In this document: positions 53,305 to 64,000 of the stretch, piece by piece
Layout of the letters: every line of letters starts with the position of its first letter
How positions within the stretch are numbered: position 1 is the first letter of the stretch
Assembly (NCBI GenBank): GCA_015680685.1
Contig: MNCI01000399.1
Span: forward strand, 103,044 to 167,043
Source: Gnetum montanum
Lineage: Eukaryota; Plantae; Gnetophyta
Reading direction: 5' to 3'
DNA: 64,000 nucleotides
Position numbers and translations under genes: made by a program
Notes under the pieces: generated by a model
What the model saw: only the letters and a program-made list of their open reading frames with translations
The model's database searches: none
What the model was told of the DNA's origin: nothing

Positions 53305-54415
53305 AAAAGGTTGGGCAAACAAGTCTTGTTGGTCAAAAACACATCAATTTTCAAATCATCTACAAAGTATCTATTAATGATCTACTTCACAAAACAGAGC
53401 TCGTTTGCAGTGTACTTATTTTAAGATTATGTAATTCAGGGATGCAAATGACACCAATGTTTATTGGTCATTAAAATATGAACGTCTTGTAGATTCTATC
53501 ATGGTCAAACTATTTGGTGCCCTTCATATGACAATGCAGTCAAAATTCTATATCATTGCAAAATCTTTCAAAATGGTTCTAAAAATAATAATGTTTTGTA
53601 CAGAATCATGATGTAGAAGGCCATTTTCACATACAGTTGCTCAGCAAGGTTCCTTTGACATTGCAGGTAGGGAATACAACCAATGCAACATCTGCAAATG
53701 CCTAATACAACCCATTTGCAATCACATAAACATTCAATTACATTATTGGAAACAAAAATTTGAGACAATGAATGTGCTAAAGGGTATGAGAGAGTTTGAA
53801 TTGGTGTTGGGACTTCCTAGAGAAACCATACATAGCTCAAACAATAGGCATCGGGGCATTGTTTGTTGCAATGAGGGCAAGAACATATTTGTAATAGTGA
53901 GGGTGCTCCATGAGAAACTTTTTTGCATAGGTATGACCATGTAGGTGGTGGATTTGATAGTTGGCAAGTCCCAAAAGCATGGTGTGCGATATAGCTATCA
54001 CCATAGTCTCTATTCCACATAGTGTGTATGCATTGAATGCTCTATCAATGTTGTTGGCCCAAAGCAGTAGTACCATTGCAATACACCTTTAGTGTAATGC
54101 AACATTGTTTTGTAGTTGTGAAAGCATTTTGCCTTGTGCAGCTTCCTTTATGTTTGTGTCATGCTTTTGTAAACTTGCATTGGCAAAAAATTGACAAGTT
54201 GCAAATGTGGTAGTTAGTCACTAAAAGTTAAGAAAAATAGATTGGGAGGACCCAAGGTGGGTTGGCCTTAATTTGAGCATGACTAATTGTCAAACCAATG
54301 ATTAATTGTGGAATAGAAATTTTTGGTTCAACTCAATGTCTTCTATCTTTTTGATAAAATATTTGATTAAAAAATAAATATGTATTCCTGTGAAGAGGAA
54401 AGGGAACTATTGTAG

Positions 54416-57400
54416 TTTTTTTTTTTTTTTTTTTTTTGAANTAGCCCACAAGGGCCAACTGCAATTGAAAAAACTAAAAACTTGGTAGTCCCTGACACCT
54501 GAAGGCCCTAGGCCTTGCCATCCCCAGGACCCCAAAATGATTTGCACATAGAAATAGTGGTGGATCCCCTTATCCGAAATTTCTAGCTCTCAACCATAAA
54601 GATTTGTCAAAACCCGAAAATTGGGTGCCAGACATCCCCATCTACCCCAAACCCTGGAACATCTAGAGCCTTTTTGGGAGGCTCATGCATTCGCAATTTC
54701 TGCATTCCTAACAAAGGATTTCTAGGAGGGACTCCTCGTGTCCATTTGTGCCCACAAGGCCATGGTCTCCTGGAACAAGTCTACACTTTGCCTCTTTCCT
54801 GACCCGCTTGACCTCATCCCCTTTCCCGTCCAAACCAAGTATGTACATTAGTTGCGAGAATGCTATCCAGCTACTACTAGAGTTGAGCAACCTCAATTTG
54901 ATCTCTTTCCTGTGTCCGCCTAGCCTCCTTCTCCAACTGTTGCTTCTCTTGTTATTCCATTTCCTCTCGTATATGAACTCACAGCTTGTTAAGAATCATT
55001 GCCCTAGTGATTCTTCTTGTACTTGTCAACACTTGTTGATCTCCTCTTCTAGCTTGGCACATTGCAGTGCAGCTAGGGTAGTAACTTGCTTCAAATCTTT
55101 CTCTCGCGTGGTCCATCTTGCCTTCTAGAAAGCTTGCTCCTATGCCCTAGCACGCACGGTAACCTCTTTCGCAACCTTTTGAATCTAGGTCTAAATTTCA
55201 GCCTAAGAGTAATACATCATTTCTTGATCCTGTCCCTTGAAGTTAGTCTACCCTTGTTGCACCTCTTTTGCTAGTAGCTCGGCCATCCTCCATGTTGACT
55301 CCTTCCTAAGCATTGGGTTGTGCAGCCACATTGCCCCCCCACCTTGACGCAGACCCCAATGTCCCAGATCGTTTTAGTCTTCTAGTATACACAAACCTGG
55401 GATCTGACCTCAGCTCTTGTGGCAGCGTTGGCATCCGATCCTCCATAGGCTAGAATTAAACCAAAATGGTGCCCATTATGTTGTTGCCGAAGCTCTGCAA
55501 GAAAATACCTCAGCAAATTGACCGAATTACCATGCCGCATATAGCTCATAAAAGCAAAGTGGATGCCTAATAACTTAGCCAAGCTATTGGAATGGACCAA
55601 GTATCTTTCGATTAATACAACCACCTCTTGCCATATTTGTGGCAATGTGGACTTCGGCACATGTTTGCTCGCCGTTTTTGGTATTGCACATTTGAAGAAG
55701 CTTTTTGCATGTTCAAGGTTGCACTGAACCAGGGGAATAGTTTCCCCCTTTACTGGGACCCCTAAAGACATTGCCAATGTAGGCTTCGTTAATGTAATCT
55801 TCATGCCCTGAAACGTTGTCTCCTCTCCCATCCAATTGGTAAAGAATGGGCCATCGGCCAGCCTAGGGTCCCCTTCAAGCCTGGGCAAGAGCTCAGCCCA
55901 TCCTATATGCTCTACCATCTTCCACAATGGCATATTCGCTTATAAGGTGGCAACAAATGGCTCAAACAACTATGTGCAACCCATAGTAACTAAAGCCTCC
56001 CATCATAGCTGGGCCTTAGCTACAATAACCAACACTAACGAAGGAAGGCATTGGGCCCTAAAAATTAGATTATTTCTTGTTTTCCATAAAATCCACAACA
56101 ATGCAGTCACTTTTAAATCACCATCCAAGTTGACCGACAATGATATTGCGGTTGCCTACCAAATGTCCTGTGAATAGGAGCATTGATAAACAAAATGGTT
56201 AATTGTCTCAAGTGCCTTCAGACCTAGGGGGCAAAGAGGATTAACACCTAACCCACACACTTTGAGAGAAGCCCAAATCGGGAGAGCGGTCTGCTTAATG
56301 AGCCAAACAAAAACTTTCATTTTTTCGAGCAACCTACCCTTCCACAGTCTTCTAGCTAGGAATCAAGGGGTACTTCGTAGTAACAATATCTTTGGGAAAT
56401 TTTCCCAGGAGTCTCTTTTGCATAATCTCTCTTGCATGTTTGCTCATGGCTTGCCACAACAACGACTCCATGTCCTAGATCACCCATTGTTGGTACTTTT
56501 GGCACATGATGTGCACCCATGGAGCTGGACACTCCTCAGGCAGCAGTAATTGATTGACTAGGTGTTGAAGCCCGATCATGATCTCATCCTAGAATTTCAA
56601 CAGCCCAATACCCCCAGCCTCCTTTGGCCTCACTGTGTTTTCCCAACAAACAAGGTGTAACTTTTCTTCCCCTTACTCCTGACCAAACGAAATTATGAAT
56701 AACTTGGTCAACCTTGAGGATGATCCCCATTGAAGGGGATGTCATGGATTCTGTGAAGCAGGAAACCACCATGAGGACAGAAGAGGCCAGCATAATCTTT
56801 CCTTTCCATGTTAGGAAATGATTAGTCTAGTGGCCTGTCCATTGCTACATTTTTTGTACTAGGGTTGTCCATGAGTGGCATCGAAGCTAGGCAAAAATTG
56901 GCATTCCCATATATGAGTCCGGAGTTGTGCCTAGCAAGATCCTCAGTATCTGGAAGATCCTACCCTTAACTTGATCATCAACATTCACCAAGTGAATCCC
57001 TGACTTTGCCTAATTTATCTCAAGACCCACCTCTTGGGCCATGTGATCCAATGCACGATTAAGTGCAAGGGCCTATGGCATAGTCGCGCGTGAGAAAAGG
57101 ATTGTATCATCAGCATAATGTTTTGCAAGGCAATCCATACCAGCAACCTCCAAGCCTCTTATCTCCTCTAACTCATAGTAGATCTATAGCATATCCATGG
57201 CCGTAATAAATAGGAGTAGGGAAAGAGGGTCTCCTCGTTGGAGCCCTCGTCCTGGTTTAGCAAACCCCCAAAATGATCCATCAATATCAAAGGAGTAGCT
57301 CCCCAAAGCCTGCAGCTGGATACAAAGGTCCACAAAGTTGGGATCAAAACCTTTGCATAACATAATCTCCTTTAGCACATCCCAACTAACAGTATCATAC

Positions 57401-59935
57401 ACCTTTGTAATAGCTAACTTGATGCACATTCTCAGGTACCTTGTATTACGTAGTGAATGCAAGATTTCATGTAGTAGTATGAACTTGTCCTATAGAAATC
57501 GTCCTTTCACGAAACCCACTTGATGCTCCCCAACCAGCTTCAACATCCTTGGGGCTAGATGGCGAATGAGCATCTTCGTAAAAAGCTGAAGTAGGGTATT
57601 ACAAACCCCAATAGGCCTGAACTATGCCAGTGCCATTAGATTAGTCACGTTGGAGATGAGGACAATCCTTGAACAGTTAATCTCCTGCTGGACTTGTTGC
57701 TAGTGTAGCATTTGGTTGAAAGCCTTCGACATATTCTTCCCCATGATATCCATGAACTCCTTGAAAAATTCAATTAGCCATCTATCTGCCCCCGAAGTCT
57801 TATTAATTTTCATGGTTATCATTACTTCTTCCAACTCCCTCATTGTGAAGGACCTGAGTAGCACCCTATTCTCTACCTCCCCAATGATCCTTCTGACTTG
57901 GACCAAGAGTGGCTTGGTGCACTGCTTGCGCCAGATGGTGGCCCAATATTGATGCATTGCCTTGACAATATCATGGTTGTCAACTAGAGTGGTGCCCCTC
58001 TGCACCAGTTGTTGTAACATCTTCTTTGCTTGCCCCTGTGCCCTAGTGGGAGCGAAGAAAAAACATGTGTTTTGGTCTCCTTCCTGTAGCCAAGTTATTC
58101 TCACATGCTACCTCCAATACATTTCTTCCTTTGTTGAAAGGTTCTATAGCTCACACAAGATCGCCTGTTCTTCTTCTTCTAACTCCACACCTTCCTCCTG
58201 TTGTGCCTGAATTTCTCCCAATCTCTGTCATAATTGAGCACGATGAGCACGAAAGGTATATTTATCTTTCAAAGCTTTAGCGCGTAGCTTCTATTTGAGC
58301 TAGTGCAGTGCATTGTTCAGAAACTCCCTAGGATGCTCATGTGTCTAACAGGTCCCCCAAATTGCTGCTACCATTGGTTGGAGCCAAGGTTTGATTAACC
58401 AAGTCCACTCAAACCAAAATGGACAAGGAGTAGTCCTCAAGCCTCTATGTATCTGACAAATAATCAATTGGTGGTCTAAAGCTTGGCTCGCCTTCCCAAA
58501 CACCTAAATATCAACTTCAGCACAAGCCTCAAGCTAATCCAGACCCAGTCAATCCGTGACAGCACCCGATCCTTCCCTTGGCATAGGTTACTCTGTGTGA
58601 ATTTGCAATCCTTGATTTCCATATTGATGAGCTCATGCTCTTTAAGAAACACTTGGAATTCCTGACACCTCAAAGGATCCACATTGTCGCTTCCGGAGCT
58701 CTCCCATGGATATAGCATTTGATTGAAACCTTTGATCAAAACCCACTATCTCTGATTGGGGACCACCTGCACCAACCGTCTAAGCTCTTGTAGTTGAATC
58801 TCCCAATTTTGGGCCCCATAAACATTGGTGAGCCAAATACCTTTTGGCACAAGGAGGACTATTATGCTCCAAGTGGACATGTCAACTAATGTGACAAGTA
58901 ATTGGGAAAGAATGGCCAGCCCCCCTACCTTGCCCTGGCAGGGGACTATTTGTTTTTGCCAACCCTCCCACTTCAAGAGCTGAGATTCCGTTGTAGTTTT
59001 GTTTCATGCAAGCATATCACATCACATTCTTCATTCCGAACAATTTCTTTCAGGGTATTTCGTTTATAGGGCGTACCCTAACCTCTACAATTTCATGTCA
59101 AAATCTTCATGGTCTACTAGTAGACCATTTTTTGTAGACCTCTTTCAAGGTCTATTGACATCTAAAATCAATCTCCAATTGCATTTTCTTACTTTTGGCA
59201 ATCAACATGATGGGGCAACCAGTTTTCCTAATACTTGATGAGATCGGATATTTTCAATATTTTCCTTGTGGGACGGTACAATCTCCTGCATTTGGGGTTT
59301 TGATGATCCCTGTATGGTAGATTCTCAACCCCCCAACGATGGAAGATCCTTGCCATTATCAACCAGGTCTGGTTCCAACTAGTGGGGTGTCGTCGTTTCC
59401 TTTGGAGACTCACACCCCTCTTCCCTATGTTCTCTAGACCTTGTGGTTTCTAGGACAAGGCGGCCTTTCTTGCTGACCTTATACCAACCTGATTCCACTT
59501 TTTTTGCCAATGGTTGAGCCTTAGGCTAGACCCTGCAAGTGGCAGCCAAGTGACCCACCTTTCCACAAATGGTACAACCACCCCTTGGAGAAGCTTTGGT
59601 CACATCAATGTTCTCATATTCTACTAGGATTCGATCCTCTCCCAATGGAAGATCCAGAATCACTTCACACACTAAATCTTTTGATAAAAGCGACTGCCAA
59701 ATGCAAAAACGCGTGAATCCCATTTGCTCCATTGAGCTTGTGAACTTGTCAAATGTGATAAACTCGCCAAAGAACCCAACAAGGGTTTCCAAGAAGTTTT
59801 TATTCCACATTTCCCAGGGGATGCCAGATGCCCTAACCCACATGGGTGCCCTGGTGAAATGATCTTCGTCCTTGTGGGCCCTTGGCCTCCATGATGTCAA
59901 TGCCAATCCACGGGCCCCATAGAAACATGTATAAT
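54416..59935 (-). mobile_element. Near full-length L1-like LINE (ORF1, EN-RT ORF2, same accessory C-terminal extension); J-LINE copy 3
   Basis: ORF1 has DUF4283-like MWVRASGIP and a CTICGKVGHLAATC knuckle (59526-59935). EN has NVYGAQ and SRIDW. RT has WLQEGDQNTCFF, RGLQRGDPLS and HYADD (about 57105-57120). WKTRNN reads in frame into MGCT.LFEP and ORF 55382-55933, then a coiled coil. Poly(T)22 at 54416-54437. Confidence 0.92.
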
Positions 59936-61248
59936 GGTAATATACTGTATTGAATTTGTGATCAAGGTTGAACATGGAATGCTAGATTTACAAGCATTTG
60001 CAATGAAGCAAGAAGTGGAACATCTATAAATAGAAGATAAGGTTCTGAATAAACTAAGTTAAGTATGTCTTTTGTTCTTTTTCTTATTTGTAAAGTTTCT
60101 CCTCATCTAAGCATTTGATTGTTATGGTGACTAAAAAGTCTGCAAAAAATAGCCAAATTGGTGAACAATATCCAATTTTTTATTGGAATAGATAGCAATG
60201 CCAATATTATTAGCTAGTAGACTTTTCTAGGAAGTTTTTAGGTGATGGTGAAAATGTCTTGGTTCAATGAAGCTTAGGTTGGCATATAAGGAACCACATG
60301 TATACATTGAGATGAAGGGTAATGGATTTGATTTCCTGAGCATTTATCCTAGTTTGGAAAGGGCTCAAGACTTTGTTAGTTTCTCACCTTTCATTATGGT
60401 GTCAGATATGTGGTTGATCTTATTTCTGCTGTGCTAGTCCATCTTGTTAATATTTTAATTCTGATCATAGAATCTGTTATTGTTAATGGGACGTAACATT
60501 TTTCAGCTGGAGAAAGTTTTCATTACTAAATGATTTTTTTGAAATGAAATTTTCAAAAAGGTAGTGCAATTGACTCTTTTCAAAGAGTCACAATTTCTTG
60601 CCAAACATTTTGAATAATTTGCACAACATTTTAAAAGAAATTTGATTTTAAACTTTGAATCGACAAAAATGCCAACTAAAGTAATAGGTATGATTTTTTT
60701 TTTTGTTTTTTTGTTTTTTTGGAAAAAGAAAGGTACGCTACTTTTGAAAATTACAATTCTGTCTATTTATTTAAAACTTTGGCTTGGGGGGACCATTCAT
60801 GAAAAGGGCCTATTTGCTGAATACAGCATTTGTGGTTTTTTCTATTTTATTTATTATATATTATTTTTTGAGATAATATCCCAATTAGATGCTTTGCTGG
60901 GTGATAGCTTGTGAGCATTGAATTATCACCCATGCTTCGTGGTTGCTTGTTTATTTAACATCGAAAGAAGACAGATATTGTTCTTGCTTGATACGTAATT
61001 AATTTATTCATACTGATTTACGCGTTTAACGTAAATTTCTTTATTGAATTTTGAGTGGGAAGCAAACTCATGATGGTGTCTTTCTCTTTATCTTGTACAT
61101 GATATTATTTTTATCCCATGTAATCTATGGACATTGTAAATATTTTTCTTTGTTTAAGAATCTGTGCCGTTGTAAACTTTAGCAGATTATTAATGCAAAT
61201 TGGATACTTCAAAAATTATTTTACTAAATCAGATCTTCCTGGTTTCAG

Positions 61249-61370
61249 GGTATAACAGCTATTCTGAATTTGCAAAATGACACGGAAAAGCAAAACTGGG
61301 GAGTGGTTTCAGAAGAGCTTCACAATGCATTTCAGGAGCATAATATTGTGCTTGCCAATTGTCCAATCAG
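61249..61370 (+). CDS. LSF1: LSF1 exon 5
   Basis: Acceptor TTTCAG|GGT. Reads GITAILNLQNDTEKQNWGVVSEELHNAFQEHNIVLANCPI(R). Donor AG|GTGC. Confidence 0.92.
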
Positions 61371-62339
61371 GTGCTTTTTATTAGATATATTCATTAGATT
61401 GTTGAAATAATAGCCTATCTAAAGTATGGTTTTCTTCAAAACCTAAATAGAGAAACGGCAACTGTCATCTTGATTCCTGAAGACATAATTTGTAGAAATA
61501 CTGTATCAGCATCCGTGGTATTTCACAATGAATTTTAGGGTGTCATGAATGATATGGCATTCTTAAGTCTTTCTGTTGCAACATCAGAAATGGTCATAAC
61601 ATTACATAATTTGATAGGTTTCAAATTAGATATGCATTCAAATTAGATAACATCATAGTGCTATGCATTCATATTACCTAATCACTACAACAAATTGCAA
61701 CCACATGCACATCTAGGACTCTTCATTCGATATGGCCATACTTTGAGTAACATATGTGCAGAGACTCTACCCTTTGAGGGAGATGTGGTCTGCTCAATGT
61801 GATTTCTTAGTCACCAATCCTAGACTTTGCAAGAAGATGGCTATACAAGTTGCTAGAGCAGCAACAAGTTGCAATAGGAAGACATCTTGATCAACAAGAA
61901 CCATCACTTGCATAAGTTAAGCAGCTAGAAGAACAGGATGTGTAGGACTCTGATTTTGATATCAATGAAAAAGGGCACATACATGTTCCTTAGAATATTG
62001 CCCAAGAAGAGTTAATCTAGGGAGCAAAACCTCTCAGCTTTGTTAATGAAGTTCATTGCATGGAATTTTAAGTGCTTTCATAACCCCTAAAGATTGTACA
62101 TCATGAGGGATGTTGTCTAATTATGGAACATGACTTTCTATTTATTTTCCAATGTAAGTGCAATGTATGGTTAAATCTAAAATTGAGATTTAATTCATTT
62201 AGGATCCACATGGAAGCTAGATTGAGAGGCTTGCGGTTATTATGGAACTCCCTAGAATGCCTAGTTCTTCTTCATCATGATCATGCTAGCCTTGTCTCAA
62301 CTACATGGGGTAAGCTATATGATTTCTTTTTCAATATTC

Positions 62340-62680
62340 ATTTCTACTAAGCCAAATTACCGTTAATGCCCAAATCTTGAATATCTGTCTTTATTCTTGC
62401 AAACCAAGTATGTTTTGGTCTACCTCTTTGTTGTTTTATCTCAACTTTAATAAAGTGTCATCTTTTAATAGGTTCACTCTTTGGAGTTCTCAGTACGTAA
62501 GCAACCATCTAAGATGACTTTCTTTAATCTTCTTGTTTATGAGTGCTGCCCCTAATAAGAGAATTATTGATTTGATCTTTCCTACTGGTATGCAGCATCC
62601 ACCTTAGCATACAAATCATTACCACATGCACATGTTAAGTTTGATGCTTTTTGAAAGGTCAACATTTTGCACTGTAAGGG
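62340..62680 (-). mobile_element. Second RTE-clade LINE remnant
   Basis: AAACCAAGTATGTTTTGGTCTAC.TCTTTGTTG and the downstream sequence match 41950-42230. Confidence 0.65.
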
Positions 62681-63022
62681 ATTCCCTATAATGTTTAGTA
62701 ATCCCTGTAATGTTTAGTTTTTAACATATTTTGTAACTGTAATGGGAAAAAACATATTTGAGAAACGTAAATGGCTTTCTTGGCCTGTTGGGATAAGCTC
62801 ACTTAATATGAACTTGTAAGCACAAACACAAATTGTTCATTACATAATTTTGAATTTCTAATTGTTAATTTAAAAAATTACCAAACTGTCTTTTCGGTCT
62901 AATTTAGTGGTGATACTTTTATTACATGTTTTTGTACATTGGTTGCTTTTTATGGTATATGGAAGTGTTTCAAATTTTTCAACTTTTAGTAAATTAACCA
63001 TATACACATTATCGACTTTCAG

Positions 63023-63238
63023 GGAATTTGATACTGTTGATTTGCGTTATAAACTCCCTTTTGCAGTGGGGGTTTTATACCGACTACTAAGACAAAATCA
63101 CCACGTTCTTGTGACATGCACTACTGCTTTTAATCGATCACCAGCGTGTGTGATTGCCTACATGCATTGGATTCAGGATGTGGCATTAGAAGAAGCAGTT
63201 GACTTTGTCACATCATTGCATAGTTGTTCACCAGATAG
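63023..63238 (+). CDS. LSF1: LSF1 exon 6 (DSP catalytic loop); gene continues beyond the window
   Basis: Acceptor TTTCAG|G. Reads EFDTVDLRYKLPFAVGVLYRLLRQNHHVLVTCTTAFNRSPACVIAYMHW...HSCSPD(R), with the LSF1-type T-C-x5-R loop. Donor AG|GTATG. No stop codon or CBM48 is seen in the window. Confidence 0.95.
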
Positions 63239-63498
63239 GTATGCTTATATAAGTCAAATTCACTAATATCAGCACTAGGAATGCCATAATATTAATGTGC
63301 AGCTTTCCCTTTCAAATTATTAAAAATTTGTCTTTATTTTTCTAGAGGAACATTAAAAACGTCATTATAAATGCTCAAAGATGTAAACAAGTAGACACTA
63401 ACATACCATAAATGCTTTAAATGGAGATCCTATCAAAGATGAGAAAGTCAACAAAACAGTTTTTTTTTGTATTTTTGTATTTTCGTTTCTTTTATTGA

Positions 63499-64000
63499 TG
63501 TTTGAAAAGTGAACATTTGAAGAAGCTGGTAAACATCCAGGAAAAAGTGTGGAAGATGATGTGTAGACATTCCACAAATTTAGGAGTTTGATCTCATCCT
63601 CCTATCTTTTCTGAATAAGATGAGATCCTAGTTGTCCATGCTTATCCATATTCATGCTTATCTATATCCATGATTGTCTCATCCTTGAATGTTGTTGGAA
63701 GAATCCAACTTTATATATTTGTAGCAGCACATACTCAAAAACACAGATTGAAGATTAAAAGATTAAGAGAGTTTATTTTTGTTCTTTACTTTCTGCTCAG
63801 CATAGGTAGAAGATCCAGGGCCCTTTAGTTTAGATTTTTCAATTGGTATCAGAGCGGGTTAGCTCAAATTCTTGACAACAGATCTCTCCAGAATGGCTTA
63901 AAACAACGGATCCGTGTCTTTCCAAATTCCTGTATTCAATGGAGAAAATTATGAATATTGGGCAATCAAGATGAGGACATTCATGATCTCACAAGATCTG
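63499..64000 (+). mobile_element. 5' end of a Ty1/copia LTR retrotransposon (LTR, PBS, gag start) in LSF1 intron 6
   Basis: LTR TGTTTGAAAA...TTTTTCA (63499-63841, start inferred), perfect tRNA-iMet PBS TGGTATCAGAGC at 63844-63855, and gag N-terminus IPVFNGENYEYWAIKMRTFMISQDL. Confidence 0.88.

Noticed and set aside
53440-54400. Overlapping short ORFs with Cys/His content
   Set aside because: No recognisable family motif, splice structure or termini.
1-64000. tRNA, rRNA or CRISPR features
   Set aside because: None seen. The only tRNA-related sequences are retrotransposon primer-binding sites, and the DNA is eukaryotic.

Overview
This is AT-rich land-plant nuclear DNA; the intron sizes and TE types suggest a large-genome fern, lycophyte or gymnosperm (inference). 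The only host gene is a chloroplast phosphoglucan phosphatase LSF1 (LIKE SEX4 1) on the + strand. Six exons (16731-63238) join into one frame through canonical GT-AG sites and encode a transit peptide, a PDZ-like domain and a DSP domain. The CBM48 exons must lie beyond the window. Introns of 1.7-22.6 kb are filled with nested TEs: a chromovirus-type Ty3/gypsy with extra LTRs, RTE and L1 LINEs, a Helitron PIF1 fragment, a 470-bp foldback, a solo LTR and the start of a copia element. Upstream lie a full-length decayed Athila-type gypsy and an old L1. The main novelty is a GC-rich L1-like LINE family present in at least 4 copies, plus 2 weaker fragments. Its ORF2 reads in frame past the RT and zf-RVT into about 470 aa of cargo: a ~170-aa domain resembling the accessory ORFs of plant LTR retrotransposons, then a coiled coil, then a C-terminal DnaJ/Hsp40-type J-domain with the HPD motif, followed by 3' UTR and poly(A). 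Two copies inserted independently, both antisense, near the same end of the same LTR family.
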